In this document: one piece after another, positions 31,378-40,408 of the stretch
Numbering within the stretch: the stretch's first letter is position 1
Layout of the letters: every line of letters begins with the position of its first letter
Assembly (NCBI GenBank): GCA_045803245.1
Contig: JBJMPK010000122.1
Span: 438-64,437, forward strand
Origin: Gemmatimonadales bacterium
GTDB taxonomy: Bacteria; Gemmatimonadota; Gemmatimonadetes; Gemmatimonadales; GWC2-71-9
DNA length: 64,000 bases
Direction: 5' to 3'
Notes under the pieces: generated by a model
Told to the model about the DNA's origin: nothing
Databases searched by the model: none
What the model saw: only the letters and a program-made list of their open reading frames with translations
Position numbers and translations under genes: made by a program

Positions 31378-31818
31378 TTACTTCTCCACCTCCATGGGCC
31401 GTTGTGCCCCGGAGCTAGCGGTGCACATGATCGTAAAGAGGCCGCGTACGGCTGCCTGCTCGAGGACCTGACTGTCTCCCCGGCAGGAGAGTATCTCGCG
31501 CCCAGTGGGCTGACGAAAGGCCACCGTCACGACCGGCTCCCGCTGAACGTTCACCACCCGGCGTACCGTATTGGTGGTGAGACTCTCGATCCCCATCATG
31601 CGGAAATTCGCTGCCGGGCGCCCCCGGTGGGAACCGCGGTAATCGACCGCGCGGTCGACCAGCTCGTAGACTTCGCGGCCGAGGATGTGGGCATCGCGTT
31701 CGTCGGGCGGGAGATGACTGTCATCGGATGCAGGACGGGCCCTCGAGCTGGCCCGCTGGTCACAACCCACGACCGCAATGAGTGCGAGAATGACCAGCCA
31801 GGGGAACCGGCAGCTCAT
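31378..31818 (-). CDS. hypothetical lipoprotein
   Basis: Lipobox (LIAVVGC). The ATG at 31818 forms an ATGA overlap with the desaturase stop. Confidence 0.5.
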   Translation of the reverse strand: MSCRFPWLVILALIAVVGCDQRASSRARPASDDSHLPPDERDAHILGREVYELVDRAVDYRGSHRGRPAANFRMMGIESLTTNTVRRVVNVQREPVVTVAFRQPTGREILSCRGDSQVLEQAAVRGLFTIMCTASSGAQRPMEVEK

Positions 31819-32792
31819 TCCATTGCGAATTCGCGGTTGAACACGACCTCGAAGCTGAAAGTCTTGCTCTTGGTCCGGGTCTCCATGTGCTCGGCAATCC
31901 GCTTGAGCCGAGCCGGAATGCCCATGATCTTTTCCTGCGCTTTGCGTCCCAGCTCGTTCAGCCCCTCCAGGCTCTCGATCTTCCAGTAGCGAATCTGCTC
32001 CTGCACGATGCGGAGGTAGTCGCGCGGGCCGTAAATCCCCGCCCGGCGGATAACCTCGGCCAACTCTTTGAATCCGGGCATGGTGACCCCGGGCATATCG
32101 ATGGCCGGAAGAATGAAGGACGCGGAATGCAGCGCCTGGTCGGGATCGCGCTTCAGGATCTCTTCGAACACGGTGCGGTAAAAGGTGTAATGCCGGGCCT
32201 CCTCTTTGGCCACCTGGCTGAGAATGGAGGCAAGGCGCGGCTCATATTCGGCGATGATCTTGCCGGTTTCGCTGTGGGAGAACTGCGTGGCTCGTTCCTG
32301 AACCGTGGTGTAGGCAAAGACCCGATAGGGATCGCGATCCCACTCGGGATGGAAGCCGGCCCGAAGATATTCGAACTGCATCTCCTCGAGCTTCCGCTGG
32401 TGGAGCAAACGGGTATCCCGGGCGTAGTCGTGGAGCACCTGGCCGTGACGGTCCTCCTCCGCGGTCCACAGATTGTTCCAGCTTCGCCAGAAGCTTTCGT
32501 CTCCCAGGTACACCGCCAGCAGGCGGTGGAAGTGAGGCAGGCCCTCTTCGGTAAGGAGGTTCAGGGCCAGGGCGGCCCGCGCGGGGTCGGGGATTCCGGC
32601 GGCCTGGGCTCTCAACTCCGCGAGATGGGCGTCCGGGTCCTCATCCTGTGCCGGTCCCACCAGATCGGAGGGAAACCAGAGCTCCCGTTTCCGCTCGTGC
32701 GTTTCCATCAGCTCGCGAACCTTCTCTTCAAGGTCCTGGAGCACTTCGATCTTCGAGTAGAGTTCCCGAGCGGGTTCGGTGGCGATGCCCAT
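31815..32792 (-). CDS. soluble diiron acyl-ACP desaturase (DesA-like)
   Basis: Diiron ligand motifs (TAEEDRHG, KEEARH) and overall resemblance to stearoyl-ACP desaturase-type proteins. Confidence 0.85.
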   Translation of the reverse strand: MGIATEPARELYSKIEVLQDLEEKVRELMETHERKRELWFPSDLVGPAQDEDPDAHLAELRAQAAGIPDPARAALALNLLTEEGLPHFHRLLAVYLGDESFWRSWNNLWTAEEDRHGQVLHDYARDTRLLHQRKLEEMQFEYLRAGFHPEWDRDPYRVFAYTTVQERATQFSHSETGKIIAEYEPRLASILSQVAKEEARHYTFYRTVFEEILKRDPDQALHSASFILPAIDMPGVTMPGFKELAEVIRRAGIYGPRDYLRIVQEQIRYWKIESLEGLNELGRKAQEKIMGIPARLKRIAEHMETRTKSKTFSFEVVFNREFAME

Positions 32793-32897
32793 CGTTAGCC
32801 CTCAAAAACCGGGGAGCGTACAGGGGATGGGATTAAGACCAGCCACGAAAGATAGTGTTGCTGGTCCCTGCGATGCTACTCAAGGGGAGGGGGAAAG

Positions 32898-33332
32898 TCA
32901 GGACCCGGGCTGGCCGAGGCTCTTCTCCAGCAACGACCAGGTACGGCGGCCCAAGTAGCCCTCACGCACGAAGATGCGCCGCCACCCCAGAGCGCCCAGC
33001 AGCCCCTCGGAACGGGTGTCATCGGTCCAGAATTCTGCCAGATGGGCTCCCGACTCGGTGGCTCGCTGTTCGAAGGCCGCCAGCAGCCGGTGGGCATGTC
33101 CCCGGTGACGTTCCTGAGGTAGGACGACGATGTCTACCAGATGGGCCACGCCGCCCCGAAGCCAATACCGCAGTCCCCCAATCCAATCGCCGATCTCATT
33201 GCTCAGGATTAGGTAGCGTTCATCGAGCGCGCTGGACCAGCCGGCTGGGTCCTCTTCCTGCTCCAGGACCTCCGAGAACCAGGCCGCGAAATCCTCGTCC
33301 TGCTCCATGTCCCGAATCGTCAGCTCGCTCAT
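32898..33332 (-). CDS. GNAT-family acetyltransferase
   Basis: GNAT core (VAHLVDIVVLPQERHRGHAHRLLAAFEQRATESGA). Confidence 0.65.
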   Translation of the reverse strand: MSELTIRDMEQDEDFAAWFSEVLEQEEDPAGWSSALDERYLILSNEIGDWIGGLRYWLRGGVAHLVDIVVLPQERHRGHAHRLLAAFEQRATESGAHLAEFWTDDTRSEGLLGALGWRRIFVREGYLGRRTWSLLEKSLGQPGS

Positions 33333-33511
33333 CTGCCACCGCCTCTCCGATGGGAGACTCCCACCCTCCCGTCAGCAACAGTAATGCCACGCCCGCCTTT
33401 CTTGTCTGTGAAGGTGATCACCCCAGGCCGGGGCCGCGACGCACACCGGAGTTGCGGCGACTTACATTTGCCTTGGCCTTCTGCGAGGATACATTCCGGG
33501 ACGGAGGCTGT

Positions 33512-33955
33512 ATGACGGAAACTGCTGCGGCCGCGCGTCCCGTAATCGTGCAATGCCCCTTCTGCTCGGCGCCCAACCGGGTGGACCTCAACCGGCTCTC
33601 CGCCGGTCCCAAGTGCGCGAAATGCGGCAAGCCGTTGCGGCTGGACCGGCCGCAGAAGGTAACCGATAAAGAGTTCGATCGTACCATCTCCAGTGCCAGC
33701 GTGCCGGTGCTGGTGGACTTCTATGCCGATTGGTGTGGACCCTGTAAGATGATGGCTCCCACTCTCGACGAACTGGCCCAGAAGCACGCCGGCGATGCCC
33801 TGGTGCTGAAGCTCGATACGGAAGCTAACCCGGCGACCGCCGCCCGATTCGGCATCCGCGGTATACCGACGGTAATCTCGTTCCAGAATGGTAAGGAGCG
33901 GGGCCGCCACGTCGGTGTGGCGGACATGAAGACGCTGGAGGGGCTGGTCGCCTGA
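33512..33955 (+). CDS. trxC: thioredoxin 2 with N-terminal zinc-finger
   Basis: ORF 32855..33955 trimmed to the ATG at 33512, with GGAGG upstream. Zinc finger CPFC...CAKCG, then the WCGPC active site. Confidence 0.9.
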   Translation: MTETAAAARPVIVQCPFCSAPNRVDLNRLSAGPKCAKCGKPLRLDRPQKVTDKEFDRTISSASVPVLVDFYADWCGPCKMMAPTLDELAQKHAGDALVLKLDTEANPATAARFGIRGIPTVISFQNGKERGRHVGVADMKTLEGLVA

Positions 33956-33964
33956 ACCGCGCCG

Positions 33965-35314
33965 TCACCGGACTCCGAGCGCCACTGCCAGGGTCACCCC
34001 CAGAATCGCCAGGACCATCAGCAGGGCGTACAAGGGCACCACGAACTTGAGCCACTGCTCGTATCGGACGCCGGCAGCGGCCAGCATAGCCATCAATGCG
34101 CCGTTGGTCGGGGTGATAATCTCACAGAGTCCCGCCCCGTACTGATAGGCCAGGACGGTCACCTGCCGGGAGAGCCCGATCAGATCGGACAACGGCACCA
34201 GAAGCGGCAGTGTGAGCACGGCCTGGCTGCTGGTGCTCGGGACCGGGACGTGTATCGCTGCCTGAACTCCCATCATCCCGATGGCGGATAGTGTGGCCGG
34301 CAACCCTGCAATCGGAGTAAAGAGTCCGTGGACGACAGTGTCCACTATCAGGCCGTCATTCAGCACTACGTAGATGGCTCGGGCGAAGCCGATGAGCAGT
34401 CCGGCAAAAGCCATCGATTTGAAGCCGTCCACAAACGCCTCGGCCGTGCCTGCCACGCCCAACCCGCGAAGCGCTCCCGCCAGGACTCCCACGATGAAGA
34501 ACAGCGCCGCCAACTCGTCGAACTCCCATCCTAGCCGCTGAGCACCATAGATATAGATGGCGAAGGCAGCGAGGATCGAAAGCAGTACGGCGATATCTCG
34601 CCCATCGAGTCTCCCGTACAGCTGCCCTGACGGTTCCTCGGGAGGGACTCTCGTGCGTCTGGCGTACACCATCGTCCCCCAGATCCAGAGAGTCAGTGCG
34701 GGCAGCAAGAACGCGAGACGGAACCCCAGTCCCGACGCCGGTGGTAGCTCGGCAACCTTCTGGGCTATGATGACCTGAAACGGGTTCACCGGGCTGAATG
34801 CCGCACCCACCGCGGCGGCTCCCAGGCTCACCGCCACGGCGGTCAGCGGGGTGAACCCGAGCTGGCGCATCAACAGCAGCAGGACGGGGATGAACGCGAT
34901 CAGCTCCTCCTGCATTTGCATCATGATGCCGCCCAGGCTGAACGCCACACTGGCGATCGGGATGACCATGATGCCCCGTCCTCGAAGGCGGCTGGCCAGG
35001 CCGCTCACGAGACGTCCGAATGTGCCGGTCCGCTCGACCACGGTAAATCCACCGCCGATGAGGAACACCAGGCCGATCACCGAGGCTGCGTCTACGATGC
35101 CCTTGGGAATGGCGACGAAGGCCCGGAAGGCTCCCACCGGATGGGGCTCCACCCTGGCGTAGGTGCCGGCTATCACGACGCTCCGGCCCGTGGCCGGGTC
35201 CTCCCGCCGCTGGAACTTGCCCGCCGGGAGAATCCAGGTCAGGGCCGCGGCAATGAGGACACAGCCGACCAGCAGGGCCAGGGGGTGGGGGAATTTCCAC
35301 CGACGCCCATTCAC
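33965..35314 (-). CDS. YfcC-family (DcuC-like/putative amino-acid antiporter) membrane transporter
   Basis: 449-aa polytopic protein with a YfcC-type N-terminus (KFPHPLALLVGCVLIAAALTWILPAGKFQR). Confidence 0.8.
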   Translation of the reverse strand: MNGRRWKFPHPLALLVGCVLIAAALTWILPAGKFQRREDPATGRSVVIAGTYARVEPHPVGAFRAFVAIPKGIVDAASVIGLVFLIGGGFTVVERTGTFGRLVSGLASRLRGRGIMVIPIASVAFSLGGIMMQMQEELIAFIPVLLLLMRQLGFTPLTAVAVSLGAAAVGAAFSPVNPFQVIIAQKVAELPPASGLGFRLAFLLPALTLWIWGTMVYARRTRVPPEEPSGQLYGRLDGRDIAVLLSILAAFAIYIYGAQRLGWEFDELAALFFIVGVLAGALRGLGVAGTAEAFVDGFKSMAFAGLLIGFARAIYVVLNDGLIVDTVVHGLFTPIAGLPATLSAIGMMGVQAAIHVPVPSTSSQAVLTLPLLVPLSDLIGLSRQVTVLAYQYGAGLCEIITPTNGALMAMLAAAGVRYEQWLKFVVPLYALLMVLAILGVTLAVALGVR

Positions 35315-35342
35315 CGTTCGTCGTTCACTGTGTAGGGTTTCC

Positions 35343-35738
35343 CTAAAGATTCCGGCAGTGCCGGTTTACCGGGGGGATGCGGCTGCACGCGATCCGCTCG
35401 TTCATGCCTTGGGCGAGAGGTCCGCAGGCCGCTGTCTGGGCCTCGCGTAGGGCATCGGCTTCCGCCGCCGCCGACGCGGTGCCCGTGTTCCGGCCGCCCT
35501 GATATTGGACGGTTACGGTGCACTCGACATGCTGGGAGGACAGAGTGGACCACAGAAGAAATGCGGCAAAGGCCACGGCTATCAGGAGGGTGAGGATCTT
35601 ACTGCGGGCGGTCACGCCTCGCTCCAGTCCCGACGTGTGGTCCGGCGAGCCACCATCCCTGGAACCGGGCAGCCGTTCCCGCTGTTCTTCTCCCAAGCGT
35701 CCGGCATGGTAGGAGCGGGTCCTTTCAGGGTAGGTCAA
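35343..35738 (-). CDS. small membrane-anchored Cys-containing protein, unknown function
   Basis: One TM helix (ILTLLIAVAFAAFLLW) followed by a ~60-aa domain with four Cys. The alternative start GTG 35615 (GGAG upstream) would remove a hydrophilic leader and the zero-bp head-to-head abutment with the next gene. Confidence 0.4.
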   Translation of the reverse strand: MTYPERTRSYHAGRLGEEQRERLPGSRDGGSPDHTSGLERGVTARSKILTLLIAVAFAAFLLWSTLSSQHVECTVTVQYQGGRNTGTASAAAEADALREAQTAACGPLAQGMNERIACSRIPPVNRHCRNL

Positions 35739-35963
35739 ATGGAATGTGAAGCGGTGCTGTTCCGCCTTTGGGAATATCTGGACCGGCAGGTCGGGCCGGA
35801 AGAGGCGGTATCAATTCAAGTGCATTTGAGCGGGTGCCCGGATTGCTATCCCGCGTACTGTTGTGACCGCGCTCTGTTGCAACTTCTTTCCCGACAGCGT
35901 ACCCGGTGTTCGGCCCCTGCCGCACTGATTGCCGCGGTTCGAGCCCGCATCCGCATCGCGTGA
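35739..35963 (+). CDS. zinc-binding anti-sigma factor (ZAS, RsrA-like), 74 aa
   Basis: ORF 35505..35963 trimmed to the ATG at 35739 (MECEAVLFRLWEYLD). H-x3-C-x2-C motif (VHLSGCPDC) plus the N-terminal Cys, as in RsrA-type anti-sigma factors. Confidence 0.65.
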   Translation: MECEAVLFRLWEYLDRQVGPEEAVSIQVHLSGCPDCYPAYCCDRALLQLLSRQRTRCSAPAALIAAVRARIRIA

Positions 35964-35992
35964 ACCCTCCCGAGGGCCATTGGGTCGGATAG

Positions 35993-37393
35993 CTAAAGCA
36001 GGGTACCACGCAATAGCACGAGGGCCACAGTGAAGTAGATGACGAGCCCGGTGACGTCTACCAGCGTCGCGACGAAGGGCGCCGATGCGCTGGCGGGGTC
36101 GAACCCGATCCTTCGCAGCAGGAAGGGCAGCATGGACCCAGCCAGTGAGCCAAACAGAACCACACCGAGCAGTGCCAGAGCCACCGTAGTGCCCACCAGA
36201 AGGTGGTTCGGTCCGTAGTCGTACCAACCGGCATATTGCCAGGTCAGGATCCGGATGAAGCCGATCAGGCCCAGGATACCTCCCAGCGCCAGCCCGGAGG
36301 GGAGCTCCCTTGCCGCCACCTTCCACCAATCGGCGAGCGTGACCTCCTGGAGCGCCATCGCCCGGATGATCAGGGATGTGGCCTGAGACCCTGAGTTGCC
36401 TCCCGAGCTGATGATGAGTGGTATGAAGAGAGCCAGGACGACGGCCTTGCTGATCTCGGCTTCGAAGTGCCCCATAGCCGTGGCCGTCAGCATTTCGCCC
36501 AGGAAAAGGGCGCACAACCAGCCAGCCCGCTTCCGAACCATGGCCCACAGGCCGATCTGCATGTAGGGCTCACCGAGCGCCTCCATACCGCCGAACTTCT
36601 GGACGTCTTCGGTCTGCTCGCTGATGAGGGCGTCGATCACATCGTCCACCGTAACGATGCCGAGCACATGGCGAGTGTCATCGACCACGGGGATGGCGAG
36701 CAGGTTGTATTTCGAGATGAGCCGGGCGACCTCTTCGCGATCGGCGTTCGGGCCGATGCTTATCGGCCTGCGTCCGCTGGCCAGCTCGCCCGCTTTTTGG
36801 CCGGGCTCGGCCAGCATGACCTCCCGCAGTGATACGACCGTCTCCAGCCGCTCGTCGCTCGGGTCGAGGACGTAAATGGCGTAGACTGTCTCCTTGGCCC
36901 GGCCTACCTCTCGGATGTGCTTTTTGATCTGCTCCGCGGTCCAGGTCGCGGGCACTCCAACGAACGCGGTGGTCATGATTCCGCCGGCGCTGGTGGGCGG
37001 AAATTGAAGGAGGAGCTCGAGGGCGGCTCGTGTCGGGGCGTGGAGGACATGAAATAGACGGGCCCGGTCGGCCGCCTTGAGCGACCGGAACAGCTCGACC
37101 TGCTGGTCTGGGGATATGGCTTCGATCAGGGGAACGGCGGTCTTTTCGTCCAGCAGCTCGAAGATGTCGGCTCGGCGCTCCAGCTCGGGCTCGTCGAGGA
37201 GTTCGACCCCGAGGTGAAAAGGCAGAGCCGCGATGACCCGCGCAGCCGCCGGGAGCGGCAGATGATTCAGTGCCTCGGCGGCGTCGGCCGGCCGAAGATC
37301 CGCACAGGCGGTGAGAAAATCCTCCTCGTCTCCGGATAGGAGATAGAGGAGCTCGGGCGATGGGGGACTGATGGGAGACGCCATTGGGTCCAC
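35993..37393 (-). CDS. mgtE: magnesium transporter MgtE
   Basis: MgtE N-domain, tandem CBS domains, and a C-terminal 5-TM channel domain (IPLIISSGGNSGSQA). Confidence 0.9.
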   Translation of the reverse strand: MDPMASPISPPSPELLYLLSGDEEDFLTACADLRPADAAEALNHLPLPAAARVIAALPFHLGVELLDEPELERRADIFELLDEKTAVPLIEAISPDQQVELFRSLKAADRARLFHVLHAPTRAALELLLQFPPTSAGGIMTTAFVGVPATWTAEQIKKHIREVGRAKETVYAIYVLDPSDERLETVVSLREVMLAEPGQKAGELASGRRPISIGPNADREEVARLISKYNLLAIPVVDDTRHVLGIVTVDDVIDALISEQTEDVQKFGGMEALGEPYMQIGLWAMVRKRAGWLCALFLGEMLTATAMGHFEAEISKAVVLALFIPLIISSGGNSGSQATSLIIRAMALQEVTLADWWKVAARELPSGLALGGILGLIGFIRILTWQYAGWYDYGPNHLLVGTTVALALLGVVLFGSLAGSMLPFLLRRIGFDPASASAPFVATLVDVTGLVIYFTVALVLLRGTLL

Positions 37394-37415
37394 CGGGAGT
37401 GAGCGGTCGGAGGTC

Positions 37416-37733
37416 TCACCTTACGGTCTCCTGGATCCATTCCAGGTAATCGGCATTTCCCTGCATGATTGGTACCGCGATAATCTCCGGGACTTCATAG
37501 GGGTGCAGCTCACGGATACGGACCAGGAGGACGGGCAGGCGCTCGACGGTGGTCTTGAGATGGCAGTACCACTCCGCGGCCCGTTCGACCTTCTCCTGCC
37601 ACCAATAGGTGCTCGACACGGGGCCGAACACCTGGGCGCAGGCCGCCAGACGTTCCTCGACGACGCGGGCCGCCATCTGGTCCGCGGCGGCCTGGTCGGG
37701 CAAGCTGGTCGTGACCTGACAACAGCTGGTCAC
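37416..37733 (-). CDS. cutA: divalent-cation tolerance protein CutA
   Basis: CutA1 pattern (LAACAQVFGPVSSTYWWQEKVE, LHPYEVPEIIAVPI). Confidence 0.85.
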   Translation of the reverse strand: MTSCCQVTTSLPDQAAADQMAARVVEERLAACAQVFGPVSSTYWWQEKVERAAEWYCHLKTTVERLPVLLVRIRELHPYEVPEIIAVPIMQGNADYLEWIQETVR

Positions 37734-37742
37734 GTCAGAACC

Positions 37743-38144
37743 TCAGTGCGTCGTCTTGGGCGCGGCTCCTCCGGGAGACCCTGCCGTCTCGCTGCCACGC
37801 TTGCCGTCCTCAATGGGAGTGACCATCGTTCGCCAGCCGCTTTTGAAACGGAGCGTGAGCCGCAGTCCCGGAGGATCGGCCTGAACATCCACCAAATCGG
37901 GAAGACTGCGGGCGTACCTCGCGGCTTCATCCGCCGGCCTGATTACGTTTCCAGATGATCGCTTGAGCGCGGCGCCAAACTCCCGGGCAATGGCCATTTC
38001 CTCGGCCTGCTCGCCGCCGTAGCGGGCAAACTGGTCCGCGGGTACCAGGCCCTGCTGACTGGTCAGGCGGGCACCGAGGTCGTAGCTCCGGCAGGACGCG
38101 ACTGCCATTAGAACGATTGCAACAACCATGGTTTGCTTGAGCAT
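37743..38144 (-). CDS. hypothetical lipoprotein
   Basis: Lipobox (LMAVASC). No recognisable domain. Confidence 0.5.
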   Translation of the reverse strand: MLKQTMVVAIVLMAVASCRSYDLGARLTSQQGLVPADQFARYGGEQAEEMAIAREFGAALKRSSGNVIRPADEAARYARSLPDLVDVQADPPGLRLTLRFKSGWRTMVTPIEDGKRGSETAGSPGGAAPKTTH

Positions 38145-38220
38145 AAGTCCCCGAGCCGAGGTTCAGCCGCCGGTGAAAACGTCCAGGTCCGAAAGTAATC
38201 CGTCCACTGCGAGAGTAGGA

Positions 38221-38973
38221 GTGTGGTCCGCCCGGGGCCCGCACTATCGGCTCCTGCTAGCGGTTGCCATCCTTATTCAGCCGGTAGGGGTCGCGGCTCA
38301 GACGGAGGTTGTGCCTCCAGCCGACCAGTCTGCCCCCATACGCTGGTGGCATGGAGCTGTGGTGCTGGGTGGGCTCTCCGCCCTCCTGCTCCTGGACCAG
38401 CCGGCCCAGGATTTTTTCCAAGACAACCGATCCACCCACTCCAACGATGTTGCCGCTGCCCTGCGCCATTTTGGCCAACCGGAAGTATACGGGACGGTCA
38501 CGCTTGGCCTGGTGGGCGCGGGACTGATCAGCGGCAATCATGAGGTGACCCGGGCGGGTGGGCGGCTTGCGGCTAGCCTTGCTCTTGCCGGCGCGGCTGC
38601 GACCGGGCTTAAGCTGGCGGCAGGCCGGCCGCGGCCGAATGAGAGCCTCGATTCCGATGGATTCGACCCCTTCTCCGGCCAGGATGCGCTGCCCTCGGGC
38701 CACACCACCGTCGCGTTCGCTCTCGCCACCTCCCTGGCCGACGACATCCACCGCACTTGGGCCAGCGTTGGTTTGTACACCATCGCCGGCGGCGTAGGCT
38801 GGTCCCGGCTGAACGACAACAAGCACTGGCTGAGCGATGTGGCGCTGGGCGCGGTACTGGGCGTAACCTCGGCCAAGCTGGTGAACGGCCATTGGCGCAT
38901 CTTCAACCTGCACCCGCCAAGGGTGCTCATAGGCCCTGGTCATGCCGCCCTCGCCTGGCAGGTCTCGTTCTGA
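38221..38973 (+). CDS. PAP2-family phosphatase
   Basis: PAP2 motifs KLAAGRPRP, PSGH and SRLNDNKHWLSD. GTG 38221 gives a clean signal peptide (WSARGPHYRLLLAVAILIQPVGVAAQ). The track start at 38128 adds 31 hydrophilic residues and overlaps the divergent gene. Confidence 0.8.
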   Translation: MWSARGPHYRLLLAVAILIQPVGVAAQTEVVPPADQSAPIRWWHGAVVLGGLSALLLLDQPAQDFFQDNRSTHSNDVAAALRHFGQPEVYGTVTLGLVGAGLISGNHEVTRAGGRLAASLALAGAAATGLKLAAGRPRPNESLDSDGFDPFSGQDALPSGHTTVAFALATSLADDIHRTWASVGLYTIAGGVGWSRLNDNKHWLSDVALGAVLGVTSAKLVNGHWRIFNLHPPRVLIGPGHAALAWQVSF

Positions 38974-39361
38974 GGCCAAGCGTGGAGTAGCTGTCCCGTC
39001 ACGGACATCCGAGCCCAGCCGGCACCTCACTCCCCGGCACAAGGTCTGGCTCAACTGGGACGGCAGGTTCCTGATGGGACCCAACTATCTCCGCTTTCTC
39101 TCGGCCGTCGACAAGGCCGGCACGATTCGCGAGGGGGGTCAGGCGGTTGGGTGGAGCTATCGTACTTGCCTCAACCGCTTGCGCCGCATGGAACGAGCAC
39201 TCGGCCGGCCGGTCCTCATCACGACCCGTGGCGGTCGATCTGGTGGCAGCGCCCGGCTGACCGCCGAAGCCCGGCGCTTCGTCCGGATCTTCGACCAGTG
39301 GCAGCAAGCGGTGGACCGCAGCAGCCGCCGCGCATTCCGGCAAGTCCTTCGTCGAAGCTGA
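38942..39361 (+). CDS. ModE N-terminal-domain-like winged-helix regulator (no Mop domains)
   Basis: Aligns by eye to the ModE N-domain (FLSAVDKAGTIREGGQAVGWSYRTCLNRLRRMERALGRPVLITTRGGRSGGSARLT). ATG 38942 is the only canonical start upstream of the conserved region. Confidence 0.6.
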   Translation: MPPSPGRSRSEAKRGVAVPSRTSEPSRHLTPRHKVWLNWDGRFLMGPNYLRFLSAVDKAGTIREGGQAVGWSYRTCLNRLRRMERALGRPVLITTRGGRSGGSARLTAEARRFVRIFDQWQQAVDRSSRRAFRQVLRRS

Positions 39362-39439
39362 GTCAGCGATAGGCACCTCGTTGCCTATCGGTAGGGGTTG
39401 GGGTACGTTGGAGCCTTGAGTCCTTCACCCAAGGCTTTC

Positions 39440-40387
39440 ATGCGGCCCTGCAGTTACCCCGGCCTGGTCCTGGCTCACTTGATTATGGCGGGCTCGGTGG
39501 GCGCGCAGTCGCCTCCTGCCAGCCCGGCGGTGAAGCTGAGCGGTTATCTCCAGGCGCGGGAGGTTTACCAGAGGGACGTCGGGCTTACGAGCTCGATCAA
39601 TCGGGCACGACTGGCCGCCTCCGGCAGCGTTCTCGAGGCGGTCACCTGGCGGATTCAAGGTGAATTCCGCACCGGCTCGGTGGGTACCGGCAAGGCCAGC
39701 GTCTCGCTCCAGGACGCGTACCTGCGTTACGCCCCCAAACTTTGGGCTCTGCAGATCGGGCAGTTCAAGACGCCTTTCGCACTGGAATTCATAACCTCTC
39801 TGGCGGATGTGGAGACCGCCGACCGCTCGACTGTGGTCGATTCGCTCGCGCCCAAGCGGGACATCGGATTGATGGCCGAATACACCCCTGCAAGAGTTCA
39901 CCTCTGGGCAGGGGTGTTTAACGGAGAGGGGCAGAATGTCACCGGGAACCCAGACTCGTCGCTGCTTGGAGCAGGCCGGGTGGCGGTTCGGGTCTTGCCG
40001 GAGCTGTCGCTCGCTATAAACGGTGCGCGGTATTTTGGCGACAGTACCCGATACGGCGGCGATGTCGCGTACGAGCACGGCGCGGTGATCTTGAAGGGTG
40101 AATACATCGGGCAGGCGAGAGATGGGATATCGGCTCCGGATGATTGGGGCTGGTACGGGCTCGGTGCTACCTACCTCACCCCATCCGTGCAGGCGGTAGG
40201 AAAATACGAAGATTTCGGCCGTCCCAGCATCAGCACCGGGTCAAGGAACCGAGCCTGGACCGCGGGCGTCAACGTGTACCCGGGCGGCAAGAACCTGAGA
40301 CTCACTTTCGACTATGTGTCACGCAAGATCGGTGTCCCGGGGACTCGCAAGGGCCGAGTCCTGGCCCAAGTACAAGCACGTTTTTGA
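39440..40387 (+). CDS. phosphate-selective porin O/P-like outer-membrane porin
   Basis: Signal peptide from ATG 39440 (the track's TTG 39398 is the alternative). OprO/P-like pattern (LSGYLQAR, QIGQFKTPFALEF). C-terminal Phe. Confidence 0.75.
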   Translation: MRPCSYPGLVLAHLIMAGSVGAQSPPASPAVKLSGYLQAREVYQRDVGLTSSINRARLAASGSVLEAVTWRIQGEFRTGSVGTGKASVSLQDAYLRYAPKLWALQIGQFKTPFALEFITSLADVETADRSTVVDSLAPKRDIGLMAEYTPARVHLWAGVFNGEGQNVTGNPDSSLLGAGRVAVRVLPELSLAINGARYFGDSTRYGGDVAYEHGAVILKGEYIGQARDGISAPDDWGWYGLGATYLTPSVQAVGKYEDFGRPSISTGSRNRAWTAGVNVYPGGKNLRLTFDYVSRKIGVPGTRKGRVLAQVQARF

Positions 40388-40408
40388 GCGGACACCTGGA
40401 GGAGTGAT

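Noticed and set aside
33329-33910. 193-aa - strand ORF
   Set aside because: Antisense to the clearly real trxC gene.
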